Below are positions 1 through 9,930 of a DNA stretch of 52,509 nt, one piece after another. Where the stretch lies: the NCBI GenBank assembly GCA_040275325.1, contig JBEOKA010000358.1:1-52509 (forward strand), written 5' to 3'. How positions within the stretch are numbered: position 1 is the first letter of the stretch; each line of letters starts with the position of its first letter. This stretch comes from Myxococcaceae bacterium (GTDB taxonomy: Bacteria > Myxococcota > Myxococcia > Myxococcales > Myxococcaceae). The position numbers and the translations under genes are program-made. Below the pieces are notes generated by a model. That model had not been told where the DNA came from. It did no database searches and saw only the letters and a program-made list of their open reading frames with translations.

Positions 1-231
1 GCGCCCGACAGCCCGATGAACGAGTACGACCGCACGTGGGTGCGAAACGGTGACGTCGCGTGGCGAGAGGCCGAGGCGATTCAGCGCCAGCGGCTGTGCT
101 TCCAGGCCGGGCTGCAGCTCTCGAAGAAGGCGGTGCTGTTCGAGAAGTGGCAGTGCCTGCCCTTGAGCGCCGCCGCGCCGTGGGAGCCGAAGCCGTCAGA
201 GGCGCTCGACGGCGGCCTCGACGGCGAATGA
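1..231 (+). CDS. C-terminal fragment of an upstream hypothetical gene (5' end outside window)
   Basis: Frame is open from base 1. Stop TGA at 229-231 abuts the ligA GTG start at 232. No recognisable domain. Confidence 0.35.
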   Translation, partial: APDSPMNEYDRTWVRNGDVAWREAEAIQRQRLCFQAGLQLSKKAVLFEKWQCLPLSAAAPWEPKPSEALDGGLDGE

Positions 232-2172
232 GTGGTTGTTCGCCGGGTGACGCGCCTCAAGAATGCCCGCGTGACCAGAACCGAACTGACGAAGCTCGTC
301 GCAGAACTGCAGCGGTACAAAGACGCCTACTACAACGGCGCGCCGCTCATCTCTGACGCGGCCTACGACGCGCTCGAAGACAAGCTGCGCGCGGCTGACC
401 CGAAGCACGCGTTCTTCGGCACGGTCGGGGCTCCGGTTCGCAGCGTCACCGAGTGGCCCAAGGCCCGGCACGCGATCCCCATGGGGTCGCTCAACAAGGC
501 CGTCAACGAAGAGGAGTTTCGCAAGTGGGCCGCGCGCTGCGACGCGCTCGCCGAGCAGCAGCAGCTGAAGAAGATCTCGCAGAACCTCTTCGTCACCGAG
601 AAGCTCGATGGGCTGTCGCTGGCCGTCACGTACGAACGGGGCGTGCTCAAAGAGGCCATCACCCGCGGCGACGGCCAGGTCGGAGAGCGCATCACGCCCA
701 ACGCCGCGCGCATGAAGGGCGTGCCCGGCAAGCTCAAGAAGGCCGTCAGCCTCACCGTGCGCGGTGAGATCATCTTGAAGACGTCGGACATGAAGAAGGC
801 GTTCCCCGGCGCGGCCAACCCCCGCAACCAGGCCGCGGGCACCAGCAAGCGCTTCGACGGCCAGGGTTGCGAGCACCTCACCGTGCTCTTCTACGACCTC
901 GACGGCCTCGACCATGACACCGAGGTCGAGAAGTTCTCGCTGCTCAAAGACCTGTCGTTCCTCACGCCGTTTCAGCTCGCGACCGACCTCGAGGGCGCCA
1001 TCGCCGAGCACGTGAAGTACGCGAAGAAAAAGCGCGCGAGCCTCGACTACGAGATCGACGGGCTCGTGATGCGCGCCAACGACGTGCACGTGCACACCAT
1101 GCTGGGCGAGGTGAACAACCGCCCCCGCGGCGCGGTCGCGTACAAGTTCGCCTCGCAGGCGCAGGTGACGAAGGTCGTCGACATCATCTGGGACACGGGC
1201 TCGTCGGGGCGGGTGTCTCCGGTCGCCGTGGTCGCGCCTGTCGTGCTCGCGGGCGCCACCGTGCAGCGCGCGTCGCTCGCCAACGCCTCGCGTGTCGCCG
1301 AGCTCGACATCGGGGTCGGTGACGACGTGCTCGTCTCGCGCCGAAACGACGTCATCCCCTACGTCGAAGAGGTCGTCGTCAAACGCGGCCCCACCGCGAA
1401 GCCGCCGAAGAAGTGCCTCGTCTGCAAGGCGCCGCTCGAGCGGTCGGGCGAGTACCTGAGCTGCCGCAACGACCGCTGCCGGGCCATCATCGAGGGCCGC
1501 ATTCAGAACTGGGTCGACGCGCAGGGCGTGCTCGAGTGGGGCGAGACGCTCATCGCCCAGCTCGTCGAGGCAAAGCTCGTGAAGGAGCCCGCCGACCTCT
1601 ACAAGCTCGAGCCCGAAGACATCGCCCAGCTCGACCGCCGCGGCCTCGTCATCGCGAAGAAGGTGCTCGCGAACCTGAAGGCGCAGCTGCCGCTGTCGCT
1701 GCCGAAGTTCCTCGCGTCGCTCGGCATCGAGAACTTCGGCGCCCAGACGGCGAAGGCCGTCGTCGCAGGTGGCTTCGACTCGCTCGACAAGGTGCGCGAG
1801 GCGTCGCTGGCCGAGCTCTCGGCGGTACCTGGAGTCGGCCCCGCGAAGGGCAAGGCTGCGTTCGAGGGCCTCGAGAAGCGCAGCAAGGAGATTGACCGCC
1901 TGCTCGCGGTGGGCGTCGTGCCCGTGACGAAGAAGGCCGCGGGTCCGCTCGCCGGCAAGACGTTCTGCTTCACCGGAGCGCTCTCGAAGCCGCGAAAGGT
2001 CTACGAGCAGCTGGTCGAAGAGAAGGGCGGCACCCTGCTCGCGGGCGTCACGAAGGACCTCGACTACCTCGTGATGCAGGACCCGGCCTCGGGCTCGAGC
2101 AAGGCGCAGAAGGCCGCGAAGTACGGCACGAAGTGCATCGACGAGAAGGCCTTCCTCGCGCTGGCGAAGTGA
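232..2172 (+). CDS. ligA: NAD+-dependent DNA ligase
   Basis: 646 aa. Adenylation motif KxDG (TEKLDGLSLAV). Cys4 zinc finger (CLVCKAPL...CRNDRC). HhH region. C-terminal BRCT (GKTFCFTGALS...YLVMQD). GTG start; the N-terminal ~10 aa are uncertain. Confidence 0.9.
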   Translation: MVVRRVTRLKNARVTRTELTKLVAELQRYKDAYYNGAPLISDAAYDALEDKLRAADPKHAFFGTVGAPVRSVTEWPKARHAIPMGSLNKAVNEEEFRKWAARCDALAEQQQLKKISQNLFVTEKLDGLSLAVTYERGVLKEAITRGDGQVGERITPNAARMKGVPGKLKKAVSLTVRGEIILKTSDMKKAFPGAANPRNQAAGTSKRFDGQGCEHLTVLFYDLDGLDHDTEVEKFSLLKDLSFLTPFQLATDLEGAIAEHVKYAKKKRASLDYEIDGLVMRANDVHVHTMLGEVNNRPRGAVAYKFASQAQVTKVVDIIWDTGSSGRVSPVAVVAPVVLAGATVQRASLANASRVAELDIGVGDDVLVSRRNDVIPYVEEVVVKRGPTAKPPKKCLVCKAPLERSGEYLSCRNDRCRAIIEGRIQNWVDAQGVLEWGETLIAQLVEAKLVKEPADLYKLEPEDIAQLDRRGLVIAKKVLANLKAQLPLSLPKFLASLGIENFGAQTAKAVVAGGFDSLDKVREASLAELSAVPGVGPAKGKAAFEGLEKRSKEIDRLLAVGVVPVTKKAAGPLAGKTFCFTGALSKPRKVYEQLVEEKGGTLLAGVTKDLDYLVMQDPASGSSKAQKAAKYGTKCIDEKAFLALAK

Positions 2173-2457
2173 CGACCTGCCGAGTTCGCTCAGTCGTCAG
2201 GGCAGGCCCGCGTCGTCGTCACGCCTCGCATGACACCCGGTGGCGTCAGCGTCGTCGTCCTCCAGCGCAACGCGGTGCTGCTCGCTGCGTTCGTGCGGGC
2301 GCGCTGACCGCCGCCGTGTCTTCTCTCCAGCTTCGCTGAAGCGCTTGCCTCGCTGGCTTCGAGACGACTCCAGACGCGCGCCCGAAAGAACGCTCGTCCA
2401 CTCCACGTCTCCACCCACCACACGCGCGGCCCGACCGGCCGTCGCGAAGGAACTCGT

Positions 2458-4440
2458 ATGCCCACCACCCTGCAGAGAACCCGCTTGTTCGGCGTGCTCG
2501 CGCACGTCGACGCAGGCAAGACCACCGTGAGCGAGCGCATGCTCTTTCTCAGCGGTCGCATTCACCGCATCGGAGAGGTTCACCACGGCAACACCACCCT
2601 CGACCACGGCGCCGAAGAGAAGAAGCACGGCATCACCATCTCGGCGGCGGCCTCGTCGTTCCGTTGGCAGCCACATGGGCTCGCCGATCATCACCTCACG
2701 CTCATCGACACGCCGGGCCACGTCGACTTCGCCATCGAGGTCGAGCGCGCGCTGCGGGTGCTCGACGGTGCCGTGGTGGTGCTCGACGCGTCACGTGGCG
2801 TGGAGCCGCAGACCGAGGCCGTGTGGCGCCAGGCCAGTGCGCATGGCGTGCCGCGCGTCGTGTTCGTCAACAAGCTCGACGCTCCGGGGGCGTCGGTGGA
2901 GCGCTGTCTTCACGACCTTCGCGAGCGGCTCGGCGCGCGCCCGCTCTTCCTGCAGTGCGTTCGGGAAGACGGCACGCTCGTCGACGTCATCGAGCAGCAG
3001 GCGCTGCGGTTCGGCGCCGATGGCACGGTGACGCGAAGCCTCGTCGACGAAGCCGAGCGACGTGAGCTGCTGGTGCAGGAGCTCGCCGAGTTCGACGGTG
3101 ACGTGATGAACGCGTGGGCGCGCGACGAAGCGGTCGAGTCGTCGGTGCTGCACGCGGCCATTCGTCGGCTCACCTGCGCAGGGCAGCTCGTACCGGTGCT
3201 CTGTGGCGCGGCGCTCAAGAATCGGGGTGTGCCTTCGGTGCTCGACGCCGTGGTGCGCTACCTGCCGTCTCCAGATGACCGGGTGCTCTCGCACGGCCTC
3301 GTCGCGAAAGAAGGCGAAGCGCCGGTCGGCTTCGTCTTCAAGACCGACGTCGACGCGCACGTCGGAAGTCTCGCGTGGGTGCGGGTCTTCCAGGGCACCA
3401 TTCGCCCGTCAGACACGCTGGTCGTGCGACCTTCTTCGCGAAGGGAGCGCGTCTCGCGGGTGCTCGGCCTTCACGGCGGGCACTTCGAGCCGATGAAGGA
3501 GCTCGGGCCCGGCGGCATCGCGGCGCTCGTGGGCCTGAAGTCGGCGAAGACGGGCGACACGGTCACGGCCGAGTCGCTCGACGTGGTGTTCGAGCGGCTC
3601 TCGACGGTGGAGCCGGTGGTCGAGCTCGCGCTCACGGCGAAGTCTGCCGATGACCAGTCGAAGCTGAGCGAGGCGTTGCGGCGCGCGTGCCTCGAGGACC
3701 CCTCACTGCGCGTTCGAATCGACGACGAGACGGGGCAGACGGTGTTGTGCGGCGTCGGCGAGCTGCACCTCAGCATCTGGCTCGAGAAGCTCGCGCGTCG
3801 AGACGGGCTCGAGGTGAAGGCCTCGGCGCCGGCGGTGTCGTATCGAGACACCATCGGCGGTGAAGCGCGCGTGACGTACCGGCACGTTCGGCAGAACAGC
3901 GGCCCGGGCCAGTTCGCGGTGGTGACGGTGAAGGTCGCGCCGGCGCCGCCAGGCACTGGGGTCTCGTTCGTCGACGACGTCGCGGGCGGCGTCATCTCGG
4001 CCGAGTTCATTCCCGCGGTGGAGCGGGGTGCACGCGCGGCATTGCAGCGTGGCGTGCGTGAGGGCGTGCCGTTGGTCGACGTCGAGGTGACGTTGCTCGA
4101 CGGGCTCATGCACCAGGTGGACTCGAGCGCGATGGCCTTCGAAGTGGCGGGTTCGTTCGCGGTGCAGCAGGCCGTCGAGCGCGCCGGGTTGCGCCGCCTC
4201 GAGCCCGTGGCGAAGGCGCAGGTGACGGTGCCCGAGGTGCAGCTCGGCGCCGCGCTCGGGGAGGTGTCTGCGCGCCGGGGCGTAGTGCAGGGCGTGCGCA
4301 CGCAGGGCCCCGTGTCGGTCATCGACGCCGTCATGCCCATCGCCAGAACGTTCGGCTTCGTGACGACCCTGCGAAGCCGCACCGAAGGGCGAGGCAGCGT
4401 GTCGCTCACCCACGCGGGCTTCGAGCCCGTGAAGTCGTAG
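2458..4440 (+). CDS. EF-G family translational GTPase (elongation factor G paralogue, 660 aa)
   Basis: G1 AHVDAGKTT, G3 DTPGHVDF, G4 NKLD. EF-G-like domains IV/V in the C-terminus. AAGGA RBS about 8 nt upstream of the ATG. Confidence 0.85.
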   Translation: MPTTLQRTRLFGVLAHVDAGKTTVSERMLFLSGRIHRIGEVHHGNTTLDHGAEEKKHGITISAAASSFRWQPHGLADHHLTLIDTPGHVDFAIEVERALRVLDGAVVVLDASRGVEPQTEAVWRQASAHGVPRVVFVNKLDAPGASVERCLHDLRERLGARPLFLQCVREDGTLVDVIEQQALRFGADGTVTRSLVDEAERRELLVQELAEFDGDVMNAWARDEAVESSVLHAAIRRLTCAGQLVPVLCGAALKNRGVPSVLDAVVRYLPSPDDRVLSHGLVAKEGEAPVGFVFKTDVDAHVGSLAWVRVFQGTIRPSDTLVVRPSSRRERVSRVLGLHGGHFEPMKELGPGGIAALVGLKSAKTGDTVTAESLDVVFERLSTVEPVVELALTAKSADDQSKLSEALRRACLEDPSLRVRIDDETGQTVLCGVGELHLSIWLEKLARRDGLEVKASAPAVSYRDTIGGEARVTYRHVRQNSGPGQFAVVTVKVAPAPPGTGVSFVDDVAGGVISAEFIPAVERGARAALQRGVREGVPLVDVEVTLLDGLMHQVDSSAMAFEVAGSFAVQQAVERAGLRRLEPVAKAQVTVPEVQLGAALGEVSARRGVVQGVRTQGPVSVIDAVMPIARTFGFVTTLRSRTEGRGSVSLTHAGFEPVKS

Positions 4441-4450
4441 TCAGTCGAGA

Positions 4451-4481
4451 GGCCGCCAGCGGAATCGGGTCGCTGGCGGCC
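4451..4481. terminator. Bidirectional intrinsic-terminator-like hairpin between convergent genes
   Basis: Perfect 11-bp inverted repeat GGCCGCCAGCG / CGCTGGCGGCC (4451-4461, 4471-4481) with a 9-nt loop, followed by GTTTCTCTC. It lies between the EF-G stop (4440) and the stop of the minus-strand lipoprotein gene (4489). Confidence 0.5.
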
Positions 4482-4488
4482 GTTTCTC

Positions 4489-6018
4489 TCAACGCTGAAT
4501 CGCGACACCTTCGGACTGGTCGGTGGCCTCGCCGCCGAAGTCGATGACCATGCCCTGGTTCGTCGCGGTGCCGTTGGGGCCGTCGACCTGCACGCGGAAG
4601 AGCTCGGTGACGCAGGTGATGAAGACGGTGCCCGTCTGCGGGCCGCGCATGATCATGTCGCTCGTCGAGCCCAGCGGCAGCCCGGTGACGGCCGTGCCCA
4701 GCGTGACGCCACTCGGAGAGACGACGACGGGCGTGGCGCGGTTGCGGAACGGCTGCGAGACGAGCGCGACGCCGCGCGAGCCGTCGGAGTCGGGGTGGAA
4801 GACGATGTCGGCCGGCTCTCCGATGACGGTGTTGCGCATGACCAGGTTCGACGCCGCGCCGCTCAGCGAGACCAGCGACAGGCCAGGCATGAAGACCTCG
4901 TCAGAGACGAGCAGCAGCCCGCCTCGAGGAGACGCCGCGAAGCCCGACGCGCCGCCGATGACGACGGGCGTGACGTGTGAGCGGGTCGCGTCGTACGGGT
5001 CGAACACCATGACGCGCTCGGGGCGGTTCTGCAGGCCGGGGCCAACCGGCAACAGCACGCGGCCAGACTCGGCCTCGATGTCGAAGCGCAGCGACGGCCC
5101 GGGAATCTCGGCGACCAGCGCGGCCGGGCCCAGCGTCGAGAGATCCTCCGAGGGTGTGAAGCGCCACAGCCGATAGTCCGACGAGCCCTGCGGCGCCGAG
5201 CCGACGACGTACAGGTGCCGGCCGTCGTGGCTGAAGCGCGCGTCGATGACTTCGCCCATCGGCGGCTTCACGCTGGCGTGCAGCACGCGCGCGCCCAACG
5301 GGTTCGCGTCGAGCGGCGTCTCGATGACCGACAACGCGCCCGACGTGTCCTCCACCACCACCGTCGCGCGGCCGTGCGGTGCGGCGCGGTGCTGCCGCGG
5401 CCCCATGCCCGTCGTCAGCCGCCGCGTGCCCGTCAGCGCCGAGCCATTCCACTGGCCGACGGTGAGCTCGGTGTTGCGCGCGGTGACGCCGCCGCCGTCG
5501 AGCTGCAGCAGCGGGTGGCCGATGGTGACGAGGCGTGGCGTGGCCGGGTCGTTGCGAAGCTCGACGGGCGCGACGCCCAGCAGCGTGCCGCCGCTCACCA
5601 CCTCGAGCTGCACCCGCTCGTTCGTCACGACGTCGTCGAACGACTGCCAGGTGAGCACGCCCACGCCGCCGTCGCGAGCGCTGCCGCGCAGCAGCGTGGC
5701 CGTCTTCGTGCCGCCGTCGCTGCGAACGCGCAGCTCCCAGCCGTCGATCATCGAGCTGACCTCCACCGCGATGGGGCCACGGCGCGGCGCGCTCGCCACC
5801 GTGATGGTGGCCTGACCCGTCGCGGTCGAGCCGCCGCCTGACACGCTGCCGCCCGCGCCGCCCCCACCGCTGCTGCCTCCGCCCGAGGCTGACGACGTGC
5901 CGCCCGCGGTGGGTGAATTGCCTGCCGCGCCGCTGTCGGGCCGGCTGTTGCCGACGCTGCCAGTGTTGGTGCCACAGCCTGCCGCGCAGACGAGAACACC
6001 GAGGAGAAGGGCTCGCAT
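4489..6018 (-). CDS. Secreted lipoprotein, beta-propeller-like, unknown function
   Basis: I trimmed the 714-aa ORF to the internal ATG at 6016-6018 because the upstream part is Arg-rich junk. That start gives MRALLLGVLVCAAGC (signal plus lipobox), a Gly/Ser-rich linker, then a ~430-aa beta-rich domain. It is divergent from asd. Confidence 0.6.
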   Translation of the reverse strand: MRALLLGVLVCAAGCGTNTGSVGNSRPDSGAAGNSPTAGGTSSASGGGSSGGGGAGGSVSGGGSTATGQATITVASAPRRGPIAVEVSSMIDGWELRVRSDGGTKTATLLRGSARDGGVGVLTWQSFDDVVTNERVQLEVVSGGTLLGVAPVELRNDPATPRLVTIGHPLLQLDGGGVTARNTELTVGQWNGSALTGTRRLTTGMGPRQHRAAPHGRATVVVEDTSGALSVIETPLDANPLGARVLHASVKPPMGEVIDARFSHDGRHLYVVGSAPQGSSDYRLWRFTPSEDLSTLGPAALVAEIPGPSLRFDIEAESGRVLLPVGPGLQNRPERVMVFDPYDATRSHVTPVVIGGASGFAASPRGGLLLVSDEVFMPGLSLVSLSGAASNLVMRNTVIGEPADIVFHPDSDGSRGVALVSQPFRNRATPVVVSPSGVTLGTAVTGLPLGSTSDMIMRGPQTGTVFITCVTELFRVQVDGPNGTATNQGMVIDFGGEATDQSEGVAIQR

Positions 6019-6117
6019 GGGCGCGCCGTGTACCGCAGCCCGTTGCCGTCGCACCGTCTCTGAAACCGCACACCTCGCTCGTCGCGGAAACGTTCCTCCA
6101 CTACGGTGCCCGCCATC

Positions 6118-7203
6118 ATGACGACGAAGCTCAAAGTGGGAGTCCTCGGTGCGACGGGCATGGTGGGCCAGCGGTTCGTCTCGCTGCTCGCCGATCACCC
6201 GTGGTTCGAATTGGTGACGGTCGGCGCGAGCCCGTCGTCGGCCGGTAAGTCGTACGCAGAAGCCGTCGGTGGCCGCTGGTCGTTGCCAGGCGGCATTCCC
6301 GCGGCGGCGTCGAAGCTCACCGTCGTCGACGCGAGCGCGGTGCAGCAGGTCGCCAGCCAGGTCGACTTCGTCTTCTGCGCCGTCGACATGCCGAAGGACG
6401 CGACCGCGAAGCTCGAGGAGGACTACGCGAAGGCCGAGACGCCCGTCGTCTCGAACAACTCCGCGCACCGGTGGACGAGCGACGTCCCCATGTTCATTCC
6501 CGAGATCAACGACGCCCACGTCGCCGTCATCGACGCGCAGCGCCGCCGCCTCGGTACGAAGCGCGGGTTCATCACCGTGAAGCCGAACTGCTCGATTCAG
6601 AGCTACGTGCCGGCGCTGCACCCGCTCAAGCACTTCGGGCCGACGAAGCTCGCGGTCTGCACGTACCAGGCGATTTCAGGAGCCGGGAAGACGTTCGAGT
6701 CGTGGCCCGAGATGGTCGACAACGTCATTCCCTTCATCAAGGGCGAAGAAGAGAAGAGCGAGCAGGAGCCGCTGAAGATCTGGGGCCAGGTCGTGGACGG
6801 CCGCATCGTCACCGCGACCTCACCCACCATCACCGCGCAGTGCATTCGGGTGCCGGTCTCTGATGGCCACATGGCCGCGGTGTTCGTCGCGTTCGAGAAG
6901 AAGCCGACGAAGGAGCAGATCCTCGAGGCGTGGCGGGCTGCTTCCGGCAAGCCGCAGCAGCTGAAGCTGCCCAGCGCGCCGACGCCGTTCCTCACGTACT
7001 TCGAAGACGACGCGCGCCCGCAGACGAAGCTCGATCGCGACATCGGCAACGGGCAGGGCATCAGCATCGGGCGGCTCCGGACGGACGCCGTCTTCGACTG
7101 GCGCTTCGTGGCGCTCTCCCACAACACCGTGCGTGGCGCGGCCGGTGGAGCCGTGCTCACCGCCGAGCTGCTCAAGGCCGAGGGCTGGCTCAGCGCGAAG
7201 TGA
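6118..7203 (+). CDS. asd: Aspartate-semialdehyde dehydrogenase (archaeal/fungal-type)
   Basis: N-terminal KVGVLGATGMVGQRF Rossmann motif. Active-site Cys in KPNCSIQ. Length matches Asd. An alternative GTG start at 6106 would add 4 aa. Confidence 0.85.
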   Translation: MTTKLKVGVLGATGMVGQRFVSLLADHPWFELVTVGASPSSAGKSYAEAVGGRWSLPGGIPAAASKLTVVDASAVQQVASQVDFVFCAVDMPKDATAKLEEDYAKAETPVVSNNSAHRWTSDVPMFIPEINDAHVAVIDAQRRRLGTKRGFITVKPNCSIQSYVPALHPLKHFGPTKLAVCTYQAISGAGKTFESWPEMVDNVIPFIKGEEEKSEQEPLKIWGQVVDGRIVTATSPTITAQCIRVPVSDGHMAAVFVAFEKKPTKEQILEAWRAASGKPQQLKLPSAPTPFLTYFEDDARPQTKLDRDIGNGQGISIGRLRTDAVFDWRFVALSHNTVRGAAGGAVLTAELLKAEGWLSAK

Positions 7204-7206
7204 CGG

Positions 7207-8460
7207 TCAGAAGGTGACCATCGCGGCCAGCTCTCCACCGAGGGCGAGCCGTCTGCCGCTCGTGCGGGTCGCGTCGAAGTCGGTCAGTTGGTGCTCGGAG
7301 TCGAGCAGGAAACCCTCGAGCATGAACGCGAGGTGCTTGTTGATACGCAGCTCGTAGCCCAGCGTTCCACCCGCGTTGTGCAGCAGCCCCGGCCCCGTGC
7401 CCGCGAGCACCGCAGTCGCCATCGAGGGCATCGAGCCATCGGCCGGCATCGACGGGTACGAATACGAGGGGCGAACGGCGTCGCGGTTCAGCACGCGCGC
7501 GAGCCCCGCCGTTCCGTAGACGAAGTGCATGTCGGTGAAGCCGTGGCGCACCGAGACGAAGCCGCCCCACTCGTCGACGTCAGCGGGCCCGCCGAAGCCC
7601 AGGCTCAACAAGCCGATGTTGGCCATGTTGCGACCGAGCGAGAGCTCTGCGCGCAGCGTCGTGCGACCGAACGTCACGTCGGCGAACGCCGTCACGCCAC
7701 CCGAGAGCGCGCGCCGCTGCGTCGGTGTTCCAAAGCCCAGCAGCACCGAGGTCGCGATGCCCGAGACGCCCACGCGCCCCTTGCCGACGAGGAACGCGCC
7801 GCGCACCGCGAACGTCGGCACGCCCGAGAGCTCGAACGCGCTGTCCTTCGCGGTGGTGTTCGCGCCCTCCATGCCGACGGCACCGCCGAGCTCGAACCCG
7901 CCCACCACGCCCAGCACCTTCACCTGCTGGCGCATGAAGCCGGTGTTGCCCGAGAGGAACCGCGTGCCCACCAGGTTGGCGCCATGCGCGTTGACGGGCG
8001 CGTGCAGGTCCCAGTCCTGGCCGGCGATGAGCGAGAACGCCGGCGTCGGCGCCCACTCGATGCGCGCGAGGCGCAGGCGGGGCAACGACACCACCGTCGG
8101 AGACGCCTTCGAGAAGTCGATGAAGTCGACCTCGAGCTGCGCGCGCACCTGGCCCGCTTCGTTCACGGCCAGCCCGAGCCGCGACTGCGCGACCTGAAAA
8201 GTGAGCCGTGGGTCACCCGGCGCGACCGAGACGACCGGGTTGCCTGCTGCCGTGACCGCGCTCGCGTTGGGTTGCCCGAAGGACTCCACCGCGCCCGAGG
8301 AGGGAATCACCGCGGGCTTGAGCGTCGCGTACGGTCGCAACATGCCCAGCACGGTCTCGGCCGCAGAGGGCGGTTGCTGCACGCTCGCGGCGGGCTTCGG
8401 AGGCTCGTCGGCCCAGGCCTGCTCCGAGAGCATCAGCAGGGCGATGGCGACGCGCTTCAT
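7207..8460 (-). CDS. Outer-membrane beta-barrel protein (hypothetical)
   Basis: Signal peptide [17 protein letters not shown]. Alternating hydrophobic beta-strand pattern. C-terminal ...AAMVTF ends in an aromatic residue. Its start overlaps the stop of the upstream MCP gene (ATGA). Confidence 0.55.
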   Translation of the reverse strand: MKRVAIALLMLSEQAWADEPPKPAASVQQPPSAAETVLGMLRPYATLKPAVIPSSGAVESFGQPNASAVTAAGNPVVSVAPGDPRLTFQVAQSRLGLAVNEAGQVRAQLEVDFIDFSKASPTVVSLPRLRLARIEWAPTPAFSLIAGQDWDLHAPVNAHGANLVGTRFLSGNTGFMRQQVKVLGVVGGFELGGAVGMEGANTTAKDSAFELSGVPTFAVRGAFLVGKGRVGVSGIATSVLLGFGTPTQRRALSGGVTAFADVTFGRTTLRAELSLGRNMANIGLLSLGFGGPADVDEWGGFVSVRHGFTDMHFVYGTAGLARVLNRDAVRPSYSYPSMPADGSMPSMATAVLAGTGPGLLHNAGGTLGYELRINKHLAFMLEGFLLDSEHQLTDFDATRTSGRRLALGGELAAMVTF

Positions 8461-9930
8461 GAGCCGCTCCGCGCGTTGTCGAGTGCGCGGGTGCCCTCGA
8501 TGAGCTGGTGAAGGTCGTGCACGACGTCTCGCAGCGTGGTCGCCTGGCCGCTGAGCTCTTGGGCGGCGCTGGCGATCTCCTCTGCGTTGGCGGCCGTGTG
8601 TTGCGTCGACGTGTCGAGCGCATGCAGGCCGTGACCGACCTCGCCGATGTTCTCGGCCTGCTCCGACGAGGCCCGCGCGATACCCGAGAGCAGCTCCCCA
8701 ACCTGCCGCACGTCGTTGGCCAGCGCGGTGAACCCTGCGCTGCTGCCGGTCACGAGCGTCGCGCCCTCCGAGATGCCCGAGACCGTGCGGTCGATGAGGT
8801 CGGCGCTCGTCTTCGAGGCCTCGGCGCAGCGCATGGCCAGCGCGCGCACCTGCTCGGCCACCACCGCGAAGCCCGCGCCCGCGGCACCAGCCCTCGCCGC
8901 TTCGATGGCGGCGTTCAGTGCGAGCAGGTTCGTCTGGAACGCGATGTCGTCGATGGTCTTCACCACCTTGCTCACCTCGCGCCCCGTCTCGGTGACGCGG
9001 CCCATGTGCGTGGTGACGTCTGCGAGCTGGCGGGTGGCGAGGTCGACCTGGTCGGTCGTCGTGCGCATGAGGCGCTGCACTTCGTTGGCGTCGCTCGCGT
9101 TTCGTTTCGTCCGAGACGACACCCCCTCCATCGCGGTCGACGACTGCTGCAGCGCCGAGGCCGAAGAGATGGAGTCGTGCGCCAGGGACTCCGAGACGCG
9201 CGCCACCATGTTGGAGGCGTCGGCGACGTGCGCGCTGCCCTCCTCGAGCGACTCGATGGCCTGCTCGAGCGGCTTCGAGATTCGCCGCGCCACCACGACC
9301 GACATGATCAGCGAGATCAGCAGGCCGAGCGACGACACCGCCACGGCGATGAGCACGACCGCGTTCACGTGGGCCCGAACGTCATCGGTGTACACGCCAG
9401 CGCCAGCGCGGCACCAGCTTCACGTACGAGACCTTCGGCACCGGCGCCTCGGAGCCCGGCTTCGGCCACAGGTAGTCGACGTGCGCGTCGTGGGCCGCAG
9501 ACGCGTTCACGCCCTTGATCATCTCGACGAACAACAGCTTGCCCTTCGGGTCCTTCTTGGCCGACAGATCCTGCCCGTTGAGCGCAGGGTTCATCGGGTG
9601 CATCACCATCGTCGGGTGAAGGTCGTTCACCCAGACGTAGTTCTCGCCGTCGAAGCGCAGTCGTTTGAGGTGGTCGAGCGCGGCGGCCTGCGCCTGCTGC
9701 CGCGTCATGGTGCCGTTCACCTCGAGCTCTTCGTAGAGCTCCACCTGAGAGATCGCCGCTTCGACGGCGGCCTGCGGGTACTCCGAGCGCGCGTCGAGCA
9801 ACAGGTCTCGAAAGCGCCAGGTCGTCCACACCAACACCCCGGCGATGACGAGGTTCGACAGGACGATGAGGGTGAGAATGCGGGCCTTCAGGCTCGACGA
9901 GCTGCGTGCGTTCGGCTGGCGTTCGTTCAT
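8457..9930 (-). pseudogene. Methyl-accepting chemotaxis protein (TM, Cache-like sensor, TM, HAMP, MCP signalling domain) split by a frameshift near 9382-9397
   Basis: ORF 9382-9930 encodes TM1 plus the sensor (ENYVWVNDLHPTMVMHP...[11 protein letters not shown]). ORF 8457-9395 encodes GVYTDDV, TM2, HAMP and the MCP signature [30 protein letters not shown]. The two overlap by 14 nt in different frames at a tandem CGCCAG-CGCCAG. Confidence 0.6.

Noticed and set aside
196-1095. 299-aa minus-strand ORF inside ligA
   Set aside because: Antisense GC-shadow ORF: Arg/Val/Leu/Glu-rich, no domain. It sits opposite a confidently identified ligA.
2173-2457. 285-nt ligA / EF-G intergenic region with an imperfect inverted repeat (TGACGAC...GTCGTCA) just after the ligA stop
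   Set aside because: The stem is short and bulged with no U-tract, so it is too weak to call a terminator. I saw no tRNA, riboswitch or small-RNA signature.
3471-4508. 345-aa minus-strand ORF opposite the EF-G paralogue
   Set aside because: Ser/Thr/Arg/Ala-rich low-complexity translation, typical of the wrong frame in 70% GC DNA.
6019-6633. N-terminal 205 aa of the 714-aa six-frame ORF (4489-6633, minus)
   Set aside because: Arg/Asp/Gly-rich junk upstream of a textbook signal-peptide/lipobox start at 6018. It would overlap the divergent asd gene.
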